In this document: piece after piece, positions 1-11,186 of the stretch
Layout of the letters: each line of letters begins with the position of its first letter
Numbering within the stretch: position 1 is the stretch's first letter
Source of the DNA: Escherichia coli
Lineage (GTDB): Bacteria; Pseudomonadota; Gammaproteobacteria; Enterobacterales; Enterobacteriaceae
Direction: 5' to 3' (one strand)
DNA length: 64,000 nucleotides
Assembly (NCBI RefSeq): GCF_044324785.1
Contig: NZ_CP172127.1
Made by a program: the position numbers and the translations under genes
Notes under the pieces: generated by a model
What the model saw: only the letters and a program-made list of their open reading frames with translations
Databases searched by the model: none
What the model was told of the DNA's origin: nothing

Positions 1-204
1 CGTGTCGTCATCACCTACGCGACCAATAAAATCAACCTGCGCCCCCAGCCTTGCCGCCGCAACCGCTGCCGTCGCCGCTGGCCCGCCACCAACTTCCGTA
101 TAATTTCTCGCCACGTATTTACCGCTCTCCGTCGGTAATCCTTCCACGTAATAAATACGATCCATCACGGTAATACCTACACAAGCAACACGAATCATGG
201 TCAT
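1..204 (-). CDS. yihV: PfkB-family sugar kinase (6-deoxy-6-sulfofructose kinase), N-terminal 68 codons; gene runs off the window start
   Basis: Reverse-strand ATG at 204; translation MTMIRVACVGITVMDRIYYVEGLPTESGKYVARNYTEVGGGPAATAAVAAARLGAQVDFIGRVGDDDT is open to the window edge; divergent from yihU as in the E. coli cluster. Confidence 0.75.
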   Translation of the reverse strand, partial: MTMIRVACVGITVMDRIYYVEGLPTESGKYVARNYTEVGGGPAATAAVAAARLGAQVDFIGRVGDDDT

Positions 205-365
205 TCCTTAAGCATTTTGGGATGCGTTCATTTTAATTTCACCAATTGTTTAAAAAGTGACGGCTGTCAATTTTTTGACGATAAATTACAAATACGATCA
301 AAAACAGACAAGCAAAGCATGTCATAAATGACAAAAAGTGACATCACTGTATTCAGGAGAGGGTT

Positions 366-1262
366 ATGGCAGCAATCGCGTTTATCGGTTTAGGACAAAT
401 GGGTTCGCCAATGGCGAGCAATTTATTGCAGCAAGGGCATCAACTTCGCGTCTTTGATGTGAACGCCGAAGCTGTGCGGCATCTGGTAGACAAAGGTGCG
501 ACTCCCGCCGCCAACCCGGCGCAGGCCGCTAAAGATGCCGAATTTATCATTACCATGTTGCCGAATGGCGATCTGGTGCGCAGCGTGTTGTTCGGTGAAA
601 ACGGCGTTTGCGAAAGCTTATCTACCGATGCGCTGGTCATCGATATGTCGACCATCCATCCGCTGCAAACCGATAAATTGATTGCCGATATGCAAGCCAA
701 AGGCTTCAGCATGATGGATGTTCCGGTAGGCCGTACTTCTGCAAATGCCATTACCGGTACTCTGTTACTGCTGGCTGGCGGCACCGCTGAACAAGTTGAA
801 CGCGCCACACCGATCCTGATGGCGATGGGCAGTGAGTTGATCAACGCGGGCGGCCCGGGCATGGGGATCCGCGTTAAGCTCATCAACAACTACATGAGCA
901 TCGCGCTCAATGCGCTTTCGGCAGAAGCCGCCGTTTTGTGCGAAGCCCTGAATCTTCCCTTCGATGTTGCCGTCAAGGTGATGAGCGGCACCGCCGCCGG
1001 TAAAGGCCACTTCACCACTTCCTGGCCAAACAAAGTCCTCAGCGGGGATCTTTCTCCCGCCTTCATGCTCGATCTTGCCCATAAGGATCTTGGTATCGCC
1101 CTTGATGTCGCCAACCAGCTGCATGTGCCAATGCCGCTGGGGGCCGCCTCACGGGAGGTTTATAGCCAGGCGCGCGCAGCGGGTCGCGGTCGCCAGGACT
1201 GGTCCGCCATTCTGGAACAGGTCCGTGTCAGTGCCGGGATGACTGCCAAAGTAAAAATGTAA
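366..1262 (+). CDS. yihU: 3-sulfolactaldehyde reductase (beta-hydroxyacid dehydrogenase family)
   Basis: 298-aa ORF with N-terminal Rossmann motif ([10 protein letters not shown]); recognised protein; synteny. Confidence 0.9.
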   Translation: MAAIAFIGLGQMGSPMASNLLQQGHQLRVFDVNAEAVRHLVDKGATPAANPAQAAKDAEFIITMLPNGDLVRSVLFGENGVCESLSTDALVIDMSTIHPLQTDKLIADMQAKGFSMMDVPVGRTSANAITGTLLLLAGGTAEQVERATPILMAMGSELINAGGPGMGIRVKLINNYMSIALNALSAEAAVLCEALNLPFDVAVKVMSGTAAGKGHFTTSWPNKVLSGDLSPAFMLDLAHKDLGIALDVANQLHVPMPLGAASREVYSQARAAGRGRQDWSAILEQVRVSAGMTAKVKM

Positions 1263-1285
1263 CGACTGGATAAAGGAATAAATGA

Positions 1286-2164
1286 ATGCATAAGTACACC
1301 ATCAACGACATTACGCGCGCATCGGGCGGTTTTGCCATGCTGGCGGTCGATCAACGCGAAGCCATGCGCATGATGTTTGCCGCGGCTGGGGCACCCGCTC
1401 CAGTAGCCGATAGCGTTTTAACTGATTTCAAAGTTAACGCTGCAAAGGCCCTCTCGCCTTACGCCTCCGCCATTCTGGTGGATCAACAGTTCTGTTACCG
1501 CCAGGTGGTTGAGCAAAACGCAATTGCCAAAAGTTGCGCCATGATTGTCGCCGCCGATGAGTTCATTCCTGGCAACGGTATTCCGGTAGATAGCGTGGTC
1601 ATTGACCGCAAAATCAACCCGCTACAAATCAAACAAGACGGTGGCAAAGCCTTAAAACTGCTGGTGCTGTGGCGTAGCGATGAAGATGCGCAGCAACGTC
1701 TGAATATGGTGAAAGAGTTCAACGAACTGTGCCATTCAAACGGTCTGGTGAGCATCATTGAGCCGGTTGTTCGCCCGCCGCGTCGTGGCGATAAATTCGA
1801 TCGCGAACAAGCGATCATTGATGCCGCCAAAGAGCTGGGCGACAGTGGCGCTGACCTCTACAAAGTTGAAATGCCGCTTTATGGCAAAGGTCCGCAACAA
1901 GAGCTTCTCAGTGCTTCACAACGTCTGAATGACCATATCAATATGCCGTGGGTGATCCTCTCATCCGGTGTCGACGAAAAACTGTTCCCGCGTGCCGTAC
2001 GCGTGGCAATGACAGCGGGTGCATCGGGCTTCCTGGCTGGTCGTGCCGTCTGGGCATCGGTTGTCGGTTTACCAGACAACGAGCTGATGCTGCGTGACGT
2101 TTGCGCACCGAAATTACAACAACTTGGCGATATCGTCGACGAAATGATGGCTAAACGCCGTTAA
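1286..2164 (+). CDS. yihT: 6-deoxy-6-sulfofructose-1-phosphate aldolase
   Basis: 292-aa ORF, recognised protein, 24-bp spacing after yihU. Confidence 0.88.
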   Translation: MHKYTINDITRASGGFAMLAVDQREAMRMMFAAAGAPAPVADSVLTDFKVNAAKALSPYASAILVDQQFCYRQVVEQNAIAKSCAMIVAADEFIPGNGIPVDSVVIDRKINPLQIKQDGGKALKLLVLWRSDEDAQQRLNMVKEFNELCHSNGLVSIIEPVVRPPRRGDKFDREQAIIDAAKELGDSGADLYKVEMPLYGKGPQQELLSASQRLNDHINMPWVILSSGVDEKLFPRAVRVAMTAGASGFLAGRAVWASVVGLPDNELMLRDVCAPKLQQLGDIVDEMMAKRR

Positions 2165-2179
2165 GATGGGGATATAAAA

Positions 2180-3421
2180 ATGAAATGGTTTAACACCTTA
2201 AGTCACAACCGTTGGCTGGAACAGGAAACCGATCGCATCTTTGATTTTGGTAAAAATTCCGTAGTACCGACCGGATTTGGCTGGTTAGGCAATAAAGGGC
2301 AAATCAAAGAAGAGATGGGCACCCATCTGTGGATCACCGCTCGTATGTTGCACGTTTATTCTGTTGCTGCGGCGATGGGTCGACCTGGCGCTTACTCGTT
2401 GGTTGATCACGGTATCAAAGCCATGAACGGCGCACTGCGCGATAAAAAATATGGCGGTTGGTATGCCTGCGTGAATGACGAGGGCGTGGTGGATGCCTCC
2501 AAACAGGGCTATCAACACTTCTTTGCTCTGCTGGGTGCCGCCAGCGCGGTCACAACGGGTCACCCGGAAGCACGCAAGCTGCTCGATTACACCATTGAAA
2601 TTATCGAGAAATACTTCTGGAGCGAAGAAGAGCAGATGTGCCTTGAGTCCTGGGACGAAGCCTTCAGCAAAACCGAAGAATATCGCGGTGGCAATGCCAA
2701 CATGCACGCGGTAGAAGCCTTCCTGATTGTCTATGACGTCACGCATGACAAAAAATGGCTGGATCGCGCCATTCGCGTGGCTTCCGTGATTATCCACGAT
2801 GTCGCCAGAAATAATCATTATCGCGTTAACGAGCACTTCGATACCCAGTGGAATCCGCTGCCGGATTACAACAAAGATAACCCGGCGCACCGCTTCCGCG
2901 CGTTCGGAGGTACTCCGGGCCACTGGATCGAATGGGGCCGTTTAATGCTGCACATCCACGCTGCCCTGGAAGCCCGCTTCGAACAGCCGCCTGCCTGGCT
3001 GCTAGAAGATGCCAAAGGTCTGTTTAACGCCACCGTGCGCGATGCCTGGGCACCCGATGGCGCGGACGGGATTGTTTATACCGTTGACTGGGAAGGAAAA
3101 CCGGTGGTCCGCGAACGTGTGCGTTGGCCTATCGTCGAAGCGATGGGTACGGCCTACGCGCTCTACACCGTCACCGGCGATCGCCAGTATGAAACCTGGT
3201 ATCAGACATGGTGGGACTACTGCATTAAGTACCTGATGGACTATGAAAATGGTTCCTGGTGGCAGGAGCTGGATGCGGACAATAAGGTCACCACCAAAGT
3301 CTGGGACGGCAAACAGGATATTTATCACCTGCTGCATTGCCTGGTGATCCCGCGTATCCCGTTAGCGCCAGGCCTGGCTCCGGCAGTTGCGGCGGGTCTG
3401 CTGGATATTAACGCGAAATAA
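2180..3421 (+). CDS. yihS: sulfoquinovose isomerase (AGE-fold)
   Basis: 413-aa ORF, recognised protein, synteny. Confidence 0.88.
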   Translation: MKWFNTLSHNRWLEQETDRIFDFGKNSVVPTGFGWLGNKGQIKEEMGTHLWITARMLHVYSVAAAMGRPGAYSLVDHGIKAMNGALRDKKYGGWYACVNDEGVVDASKQGYQHFFALLGAASAVTTGHPEARKLLDYTIEIIEKYFWSEEEQMCLESWDEAFSKTEEYRGGNANMHAVEAFLIVYDVTHDKKWLDRAIRVASVIIHDVARNNHYRVNEHFDTQWNPLPDYNKDNPAHRFRAFGGTPGHWIEWGRLMLHIHAALEARFEQPPAWLLEDAKGLFNATVRDAWAPDGADGIVYTVDWEGKPVVRERVRWPIVEAMGTAYALYTVTGDRQYETWYQTWWDYCIKYLMDYENGSWWQELDADNKVTTKVWDGKQDIYHLLHCLVIPRIPLAPGLAPAVAAGLLDINAK

Positions 3422-3487
3422 CTGACTAAAAAAACGACATATCAGGCTGCACGCCGGGTATGTCGTTATTCAATAAAGGTACCTCGT

Positions 3488-4390
3488 ATGCAAATCACCA
3501 ACATGCATTGCAGTGGACAGACCGTTTCACTTGCCGCGGGGGATTATCACGCGACTATCGTGACGGTTGGTGCTGGTCTGGCTGAATTAACCTTTCAGGG
3601 TTGTCATTTAGTCATCCCGCACAAACCCGAAGAGATGCCGCTGGCGCATCTGGGTAAAGTGCTTATTCCGTGGCCGAACCGGATCGCCAACGGCTGTTAC
3701 CGCTATCAGGGGCAGGACTATCAGTTACCCATTAATGAACATAGTTCAAAAGCCGCTATTCACGGGCTGCTTGCCTGGCGTGACTGGCAAATTAGCGAAT
3801 TAACCGCCACCAGCGTTACCCTGACAGCTTTTCTGCCGCCCAGTTACGGCTATCCGTTTATGCTGGCTTCACAAGTTGTTTATTCGCTCAATGCTCGCAC
3901 GGGCCTTTCCGTTGAGATCGCAAGCCAGAATATTGGTACTGTGACCGCACCTTATGGTGTGGGTATTCATCCTTATTTAACCTGTGACTTAACGCCTGTT
4001 GATGACTATCTTTTCCAGCTTCCGGCAGAACAGGTTTATGCCGTCGATGAGCACGCAAATCCGACAACGCTTCACCACGTTGATGAGCTGAATTTAAATT
4101 TCACGCGGGCGACAAAAATAGCCGCGACAAAAATCGACCACACCTTTAAAACCGCTAATGATCTGTGGGAAATGACCATTACCCATCCACAGCATTTGCT
4201 TTCGGTGAGCCTCTGTTCCGATCAACCCTGGGTGCAGGTTTATAGCGGTGAAAAATTACAGCGTCAGGGACTGGCAGTTGAACCTATGAGTTGCCCGCCT
4301 GATGCGTTTAATTCAGGTATCGACTTATTATTACTGGAACCAGGAAAAACGCACCGCCTGTTTTTTAATATTCACGGGCAGCACAATTAA
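3488..4390 (+). CDS. yihR: aldose 1-epimerase family protein (sulfoquinovose mutarotase)
   Basis: 300-aa ORF, recognised protein, synteny. Confidence 0.85.
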   Translation: MQITNMHCSGQTVSLAAGDYHATIVTVGAGLAELTFQGCHLVIPHKPEEMPLAHLGKVLIPWPNRIANGCYRYQGQDYQLPINEHSSKAAIHGLLAWRDWQISELTATSVTLTAFLPPSYGYPFMLASQVVYSLNARTGLSVEIASQNIGTVTAPYGVGIHPYLTCDLTPVDDYLFQLPAEQVYAVDEHANPTTLHHVDELNLNFTRATKIAATKIDHTFKTANDLWEMTITHPQHLLSVSLCSDQPWVQVYSGEKLQRQGLAVEPMSCPPDAFNSGIDLLLLEPGKTHRLFFNIHGQHN

Positions 4391-4450
4391 TTTTATTAAG
4401 AAAAGAACGAGATCATTGTTTAGGGTTGTATTTACACAACAGGAAAGATT

Positions 4451-5326
4451 ATGGACTTTTTTACATTATTTACGCCGGACGGGGCCATGGTGGAAACAAG
4501 CGTGGTATGTATCGTTATCGCGTTAATGTTTCTTTATACCTTTGTGGGGATATGCGCGGGATTTGGCGGTGGTTTAACCACTATGCCGCTCGTCACGTTA
4601 ATGCTCCCCGTAAAAATGGCAACTCCGCTCTCGGTGATTGTCGGCACCGCAACCGCCTTGTACGCCACCTGGCTGTCACGTAAAGAAACGGATTGGCGAT
4701 CGGCAATGGTACTGATTATTTTCTCGTTTCTGGGAATACCCGTCGGTTTATATGCGCTGTCGTATTTACCCGACCATTTTATGAAAGTGGGCTTAGGCGG
4801 ATTCCTTATCCTTTACTCGTTTTACAGCATGTTTATTCCTCGCCTGCCGATTTATGACCGTAACTGGATCGCCGCACCTATCGGCGCAGTAGCTGGTGCA
4901 TTAGGTGCGGCGTTCTCAACCAACGGACCGCCGATGGTTATCTACGGTATGCTGCGTAACTTAGGCCCGGCGGCATTTCGCGGCACTTTGAACGCTTTCT
5001 TCACCGCAAACAACATCGCGGTGATCGGCGGGCTGGCAACCAGCGGAATTTTGACTGTCTCTATCTTTAAACTGGTGTTGTTTTGTATTCCCACCATGAT
5101 CCTCGGTTCACTGGTTGGACAATATGTGCATAAACGCATTTCGGTCAAAGTGTTCCGTGTGATGGTCTTTTTATTGCTGATTGCCTCCGGTTCTATGTTG
5201 ATAAAAGGCGCGCTGGGAATTCCCGCCGCTGCCGCACTTCTGCCTCCGTTTACCTTGTTAGTTATACTGCAACTGGCATTCGGTAAAAAAGTGGCGGCAA
5301 TCCGCCGGGCTGAAGAAAGTAAATAA
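4451..5326 (+). CDS. TSUP / TauE-SafE family (DUF81) polytopic membrane permease; candidate sulfonate or sulfite exporter
   Basis: 291-aa ORF with SD AGGA 6 nt upstream of ATG; multiple hydrophobic helices and the family's Gly-rich motif (GFGGGLTTMPL); function is inferred from family and context only. Confidence 0.8.
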   Translation: MDFFTLFTPDGAMVETSVVCIVIALMFLYTFVGICAGFGGGLTTMPLVTLMLPVKMATPLSVIVGTATALYATWLSRKETDWRSAMVLIIFSFLGIPVGLYALSYLPDHFMKVGLGGFLILYSFYSMFIPRLPIYDRNWIAAPIGAVAGALGAAFSTNGPPMVIYGMLRNLGPAAFRGTLNAFFTANNIAVIGGLATSGILTVSIFKLVLFCIPTMILGSLVGQYVHKRISVKVFRVMVFLLLIASGSMLIKGALGIPAAAALLPPFTLLVILQLAFGKKVAAIRRAEESK

Positions 5327-5431
5327 TCATTATGCGGGTTTTAATTTATACCCGCACACATTCTTTAATTAATGAAACCTGTAATAACAGGATGGCATGA
5401 AATATTAGCTTTATATCTATGGAGATTATTT

Positions 5432-7468
5432 ATGGATACGCCACGCCCACAGTTACCAGATTTTAAATTTCATCATAATAACGACCGTTTTACCCTACGT
5501 TTTCAGGGCCGTCTTATTTTATCCCATAGTAAAGATAATCCTTGTTTATCGATTGGCTCAGGTATTGCGGATATTGATATGTTCCGTGGCAATTTCAGCA
5601 TTAAAGATAAATTGCAGGAGAAGATTGCGCTTACCGACGCTACCGTCAGCCAGTCACCGGATGGCTGGTTAATCCATTTCAGCCGTGGTTCTGACATTAG
5701 CGCCACGCTGAATATCTCTGCCGACGATCAGGGCCGTTTATTGCTGGAACTACAAAACGACAACCATCACCACAACCGCATCTGGCTGCGCCTTGCCGCT
5801 CAACCAGAGGACCATATCTACGGCTGCGGTGAACAATTCTCCTACTTTGATCTGCGCGGCAAACCGTTCCCGCTATGGACCAGTGAACAAGGCGTTGGTC
5901 GCAACAAGCAAACCTATGTCACCTGGCAGGCCGACTGCAAAGAGAACGCGGGCGGCGACTATTACTGGACTTTCTTCCCGCAGCCTACGTTTGTCAGCAC
6001 GCAGAAGTATTACTGCCATGTTGATAACAGTTGCTACATGAACTTCGACTTTAGTGCCCCGGATTACCACGAACTGGCGCTGTGGGAAGACAAAGCAACG
6101 CTGCGTTTTGAATGTGCTGATACATACATCTCCCTGCTGGAAAAATTAACTGCCCTGCTGGGACGCCAGCCAGAACTGCCCGACTGGATTTATGACGGGG
6201 TAACGCTCGGCATTCAGGGCGGGACGGAAGTGTGTCAGAAGAAACTGGACACCATGCGTAACGCGGGCGTGAAGGTTAACGGCATCTGGGCGCAGGACTG
6301 GTCCGGGATCCGTATGACCTCTTTTGGCAAACGCGTGATGTGGAACTGGAAGTGGAACAGCGAAAACTATCCGCAACTGGACTCACGTATTAAGCAGTGG
6401 AACAAAGAGGGCGTTCAGTTCCTTGCCTATATCAACCCGTATGTCGCCAGTGATAAAGACCTCTGTGCCGAAGCAGCAAAACACGGCTATCTGGCAAAAG
6501 ATGCCTGTGGCGGTGACTATCTGGTGGAATTCGGCGAGTTCTACGGCGGCGTTGTCGATCTCACTAATCCGGAAGCCTACGCCTGGTTCAAGGAAGTGAT
6601 CAAAAAGAACATGATTGAACTCGGCTGCGGCGGCTGGATGGCTGACTTCGGCGAGTATCTGCCCACCGACACTTACCTGCATAACGGCGTTAGCGCCGAA
6701 ATTATGCATAACGCCTGGCCCGCACTGTGGGCGAAGTGTAACTACGAAGCCCTTGAAGAAACGGGCAAGCTCGGCGAGATCCTTTTCTTTATGCGCGCCG
6801 GTTCTACCGGTAGCCAGAAATACTCCACCATGATGTGGGCGGGCGACCAGAACGTCGACTGGAGTCTGGACGATGGCCTGGCGTCGGTCGTCCCGGCGGC
6901 GCTGTCGCTGGCAATGACCGGACATGGCCTGCATCACAGTGACATTGGCGGTTATACCACCCTGTTTGAGATGAAGCGCAGCAAAGAGCTGCTGCTGCGC
7001 TGGTGCGATTTCAGCGCCTTCACGCCGATGATGCGCACCCACGAAGGCAACCGCCCCGGTGACAACTGGCAGTTTGACGGCGACGCGGAAACTATCGCCC
7101 ATTTTGCCCGTATGACCACCGTCTTCACCACCCTGAAACCTTACCTGAAAGAGGCCGTCGCGCTGAATGCGAAATCCGGCCTGCCAGTTATGCGCCCGCT
7201 GTTCCTGCATTACGAAGACGACGCGCAGACCTACACCCTGAAATATCAGTACCTGTTAGGCCGCGACATTCTGGTCGCTCCGGTGCATGAAGAAGGCCGT
7301 AGCGACTGGACGCTCTATCTGCCGGAGGATAACTGGGTCCATGCCTGGACGGGAGAAACCTTCCACGGGGGAGAAATAACCGTTGAAGCGCCCATCGGCA
7401 AGCCGCCGGTCTTTTATCGCGCCGATAGCGAATGGGCGGCACTGTTCGCGTCGTTAAAAAGCATCTAA
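5432..7468 (+). CDS. yihQ: sulfoquinovosidase, glycoside hydrolase family 31
   Basis: ORF track starts at 5372; the in-frame ATG at 5432 gives the 678-aa protein beginning MDTPRPQLPDF that I recognise. Confidence 0.9.
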   Translation: MDTPRPQLPDFKFHHNNDRFTLRFQGRLILSHSKDNPCLSIGSGIADIDMFRGNFSIKDKLQEKIALTDATVSQSPDGWLIHFSRGSDISATLNISADDQGRLLLELQNDNHHHNRIWLRLAAQPEDHIYGCGEQFSYFDLRGKPFPLWTSEQGVGRNKQTYVTWQADCKENAGGDYYWTFFPQPTFVSTQKYYCHVDNSCYMNFDFSAPDYHELALWEDKATLRFECADTYISLLEKLTALLGRQPELPDWIYDGVTLGIQGGTEVCQKKLDTMRNAGVKVNGIWAQDWSGIRMTSFGKRVMWNWKWNSENYPQLDSRIKQWNKEGVQFLAYINPYVASDKDLCAEAAKHGYLAKDACGGDYLVEFGEFYGGVVDLTNPEAYAWFKEVIKKNMIELGCGGWMADFGEYLPTDTYLHNGVSAEIMHNAWPALWAKCNYEALEETGKLGEILFFMRAGSTGSQKYSTMMWAGDQNVDWSLDDGLASVVPAALSLAMTGHGLHHSDIGGYTTLFEMKRSKELLLRWCDFSAFTPMMRTHEGNRPGDNWQFDGDAETIAHFARMTTVFTTLKPYLKEAVALNAKSGLPVMRPLFLHYEDDAQTYTLKYQYLLGRDILVAPVHEEGRSDWTLYLPEDNWVHAWTGETFHGGEITVEAPIGKPPVFYRADSEWAALFASLKSI

Positions 7469-7513
7469 TCACGTCCGCCCGTGGGGAAACTCACGGGCAA
7501 AGGGAGAACAACG

Positions 7514-8899
7514 ATGAGTCACATCACAACGGAAGATCCGGCTACTTTACGTCTGCCCTTTAAAGAGAAACTCTCTTACGGTATCGGCGATCTGGCCTCT
7601 AACATCCTGCTGGATATCGGCACGCTTTATCTTTTGAAGTTTTATACCGACGTTCTGGGGCTGCCCGGCACCTATGGCGGCATTATCTTTTTGATTTCAA
7701 AGTTCTTTACCGCCTTTACCGATATGGGTACCGGCATTATGTTGGATTCCCGACGCAAGATCGGTCCAAAAGGCAAATTCCGCCCTTTTATTCTGTATGC
7801 ATCATTCCCGGTCACCCTGTTGGCGATCGCCAACTTTATCGGCACACCGTTTGATGTCACCGGTAAAACGGTGATGGCCACCATCCTGTTTATGCTTTAC
7901 GGACTGTTTTTCAGCATGATGAACTGCTCCTACGGCGCAATGGTCCCCGCTATTACTAAAAACCCCAACGAACGTGCATCGCTGGCAGCATGGCGTCAGG
8001 GTGGCGCTACATTGGGCCTGCTGCTGTGTACGGTGGGATTCGTGCCGGTTATGAATCTTATCGAAGGTAATCAGCAACTTGGCTATATCTTCGCCGCCAC
8101 GCTGTTTTCACTGTTCGGCCTGCTGTTTATGTGGATCTGCTACTCGGGCGTGAAAGAGCGTTATGTCGAAACCCAACCTGCAAATCCGGCGCAAAAGCCT
8201 GGCCTGCTGCAGTCTTTCCGCGCGATTGCTGGTAACCGCCCACTATTCATTCTGTGTATTGCCAACCTCTGCACTTTAGGGGCGTTTAACGTCAAGCTCG
8301 CCATTCAGGTCTATTACACGCAGTACGTGCTTAACGATCCCATCCTGTTGTCGTATATGGGATTTTTCAGCATGGGCTGTATTTTCATCGGCGTGTTCCT
8401 GATGCCTGGTGCAGTCAGACGTTTTGGTAAGAAGAAGGTCTATATCGGCGGCCTGCTGATTTGGGTGCTGGGCGATCTGCTCAACTATTTCTTTGGCGGC
8501 GGCTCGGTCAGCTTTGTGGCGTTCTCCTGCCTGGCGTTCTTCGGCTCAGCGTTTGTTAACAGCCTGAACTGGGCGCTGGTTTCTGACACCGTCGAGTACG
8601 GCGAGTGGCGCACCGGTGTGCGTTCGGAAGGTACGGTCTACACCGGCTTCACTTTCTTTCGCAAAGTGTCTCAGGCGCTGGCTGGTTTCTTCCCCGGCTG
8701 GATGCTGACGCAAATCGGCTATGTGCCAAACGTGGCGCAGGCTGACCATACCATCGAAGGTTTACGCCAGCTGATCTTCATCTACCCAAGCGCACTGGCG
8801 GTAGTCACCATTGTGGCGATGGGTTGCTTCTACAGTCTGAACGAGAAAATGTACGTCCGCATTGTTGAAGAAATAGAAGCCCGTAAACGCACGGCATAA
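7514..8899 (+). CDS. yihP: GPH-family sugar:cation symporter
   Basis: ORF track starts at 7481; likely start ATG 7514 (MSHITTEDP...); 12-TM transporter, paralogous to yihO. Confidence 0.85.
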   Translation: MSHITTEDPATLRLPFKEKLSYGIGDLASNILLDIGTLYLLKFYTDVLGLPGTYGGIIFLISKFFTAFTDMGTGIMLDSRRKIGPKGKFRPFILYASFPVTLLAIANFIGTPFDVTGKTVMATILFMLYGLFFSMMNCSYGAMVPAITKNPNERASLAAWRQGGATLGLLLCTVGFVPVMNLIEGNQQLGYIFAATLFSLFGLLFMWICYSGVKERYVETQPANPAQKPGLLQSFRAIAGNRPLFILCIANLCTLGAFNVKLAIQVYYTQYVLNDPILLSYMGFFSMGCIFIGVFLMPGAVRRFGKKKVYIGGLLIWVLGDLLNYFFGGGSVSFVAFSCLAFFGSAFVNSLNWALVSDTVEYGEWRTGVRSEGTVYTGFTFFRKVSQALAGFFPGWMLTQIGYVPNVAQADHTIEGLRQLIFIYPSALAVVTIVAMGCFYSLNEKMYVRIVEEIEARKRTA

Positions 8900-10202
8900 A
8901 TAATAAACAACGCCCTGCGGGGCGTTATAAGGAGTGATTATGTCTGACCATAATCCACTGACATTAAGACTGAATCTGCGGGAAAAAATCGCCTATGGCA
9001 TGGGCGACGTCGGTTCGAATTTAATGCTTAGCATCGGCACTCTGTATCTCCTCAAATTTTATACCGATGAATTAGGGATGCCTGCTTACTATGGCGGGAT
9101 TATCTTTCTGGTAGCGAAGTTTTTTACCGCGTTTACCGATATGCTCACCGGATTTTTACTCGACTCGCGGAAAAATATTGGGCCTAAAGGCAAATTTCGT
9201 CCCTTTATTTTATATGCAGCGGTTCCGGCGGCGTTAATTGCAACGCTCCAGTTTATCGCCACCACTTTTAGTTTGCCGGTTAAAACGACGATTGCCACCG
9301 CGCTGTTTATGATGTTTGGACTTTCATACAGTCTGATGAACTGCTCGTATGGCGCGATGATCCCGGCAATTACCAAAAACCCCAATGAGCGCGCGCAGCT
9401 TGCGGCTTACCGCCAGGGTGGTGCAACCATAGGGCTATTGATTTGTACCGTGGCGTTTATTCCGTTGCAGTCGCTTTTTTCTGACTCCACCGTCGGTTAT
9501 GCCTGTGCGGCACTTATGTTCTCCATTGGCGGCTTTATTTTTATGATGCTGTGCTACAGAGGCGTCAAAGAGCATTATGTGGACACAACGCCAACCGGAC
9601 ATAAAGCCAGTATTCTCAAATCATTTTGCGCGATATTTCGGAATCCGCCATTGCTGGTTTTGTGCATTGCTAACCTGTGTACCCTGGCGGCATTTAATAT
9701 CAAACTGGCGATTCAGGTCTATTACACCCAGTATGTGCTGAATGATATTAACTTATTGTCGTGGATGGGATTCTTCAGTATGGGATGCATCCTCATCGGC
9801 GTATTGCTGGTGCCATTAAGCGTAAAATGTTTTGGTAAAAAACAGGTTTATTTAGCTGGCATGGTGCTGTGGGCGGTGGGGGATATCCTGAATTATTTCT
9901 GGGGAAGTAACTCTTTCACTTTCGTCATGTTCTCTTGTATCGCCTTTTTTGGCACGGCCTTTGTAAACAGCCTGAACTGGGCACTGGTGCCAGATACCGT
10001 AGATTACGGTGAATGGAAAACCGGTATTCGTGCCGAAGGTTCTGTTTATACCGGTTATACCTTCTTTCGTAAAATTTCTGCCGCACTTGCTGGCTTCTTG
10101 CCAGGCATTATGCTGACGCAAATCGGTTATATTCCCAACATCGCGCAGGTGATGCTGCCAACTTACTGATTTAGTGTATGATGGTGTTTTTGAGGTGCTC
10201 CA

Positions 10203-10478
10203 GTGGCTTCTGTTTCTATCAGCTGTCCCTCCTGTTCAGCTACTGACGGGGTGGTGCGTAACGGCAAAAGCACCGCCGGACATCAGCGCTATCTCTGCTC
10301 TCACTGCCGTAAAACATGGCAACTGCAGTTCACTTACACCGCTTCTCAACCCGGTACGCACCAGAAAATCATTGATATGGCCATGAATGGCGTTGGATGC
10401 CGGGCAACTGCCCGCATTATGGGCGTTGGCCTCAACACGATTTTACGTCACTTAAAAAACTCAGGCCGCAGTCGGTAA
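10203..10478 (+). CDS. insA: IS1 InsA
   Basis: 91-aa [27 protein letters not shown]..., recognised. Confidence 0.95.
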
Positions 10479-10900
10479 CCTCGCGCATACAGCCGGGCAG
10501 TGACGTCATCGTCTGCGCGGAAATGGACGAACAGTGGGGCTATGTCGGGGCTAAATCGCGCCAGCGCTGGCTGTTTTACGCGTATGACAGTCTCCGGAAG
10601 ACGGTTGTTGCGCACGTATTCGGTGAACGCACTATGGCGACGCTGGGGCGTCTTATGAGCCTGCTGTCACCCTTTGACGTGGTGATATGGATGACGGATG
10701 GCTGGCCGCTGTATGAATCCCGCCTGAAGGGAAAGCTGCACGTAATCAGCAAGCGATATACGCAGCGAATTGAGCGGCATAACCTGAATCTGAGGCAGCA
10801 CCTGGCACGGCTGGGACGGAAGTCGCTGTCGTTTTCAAAATCGGTGGAGCTGCATGACAAAGTCATCGGGCATTATCTGAACATAAAACACTATCAATAA
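10397..10900 (+). CDS. insB: IS1 InsB (made as InsAB' transposase by -1 frameshift at the A6C motif near 10453..10463)
   Basis: ORF in -1 frame overlapping insA; TTAAAAAACTC slippery motif present. Confidence 0.9.
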
Positions 10901-11186
10901 GTTGGAGTCATTACCCATCGCGCAAAGTGATGCGACATTACAGGGTTTGCGTCAGCTCATTTTTATCTGGCCTTGTGCACTGGCAATTATTGCTGCATTG
11001 ACGATGGGATTCTTTTACACACTCAATGAAAAACGGTTTGCGTTGATTATTGAGGAAATCAACCAACGCAAAAATAAAGAGATGGCGACAGAAGAAAAAA
11101 CGGCTTCCGTAACGTTATAAATGTCAATAGCCGCTATTTCCATCCTGGTGGGTGGCGGCCTCCCTACGTTTAAAAATGGACTTATT

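Larger units (their letters stand above)
10148..10915 (+). mobile_element. IS1 (768 bp), terminal inverted repeats GGTGATGCTGCCAACTTACTGAT ... GTTGGAGTCATTACC, flanked by 9-bp direct repeat CATCGCGCA (10139..10147 and 10916..10924)
   Basis: Ends and internal insA/insB ORFs match IS1 as I know it; perfect 9-bp target duplication read directly. Confidence 0.95.
8940..11120 (+). pseudogene. yihO: yihO-type GPH-family symporter (proposed sulfoquinovose importer) interrupted by IS1
   Basis: Reading frame 8940..10147 continues after the IS (10916 onward, ORF 10902..11120); removing IS1 and one copy of the 9-bp duplication restores an uninterrupted 467-codon frame. Confidence 0.85.

Noticed and set aside
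6383-7210. 275-aa ORF on the - strand
   Set aside because: Antisense to yihQ; no start context or recognisable domains; shadow ORF.
10174-10386. 70-aa ORF at the left end of IS1
   Set aside because: Out of frame with insA, which is the recognised IS1 gene here.
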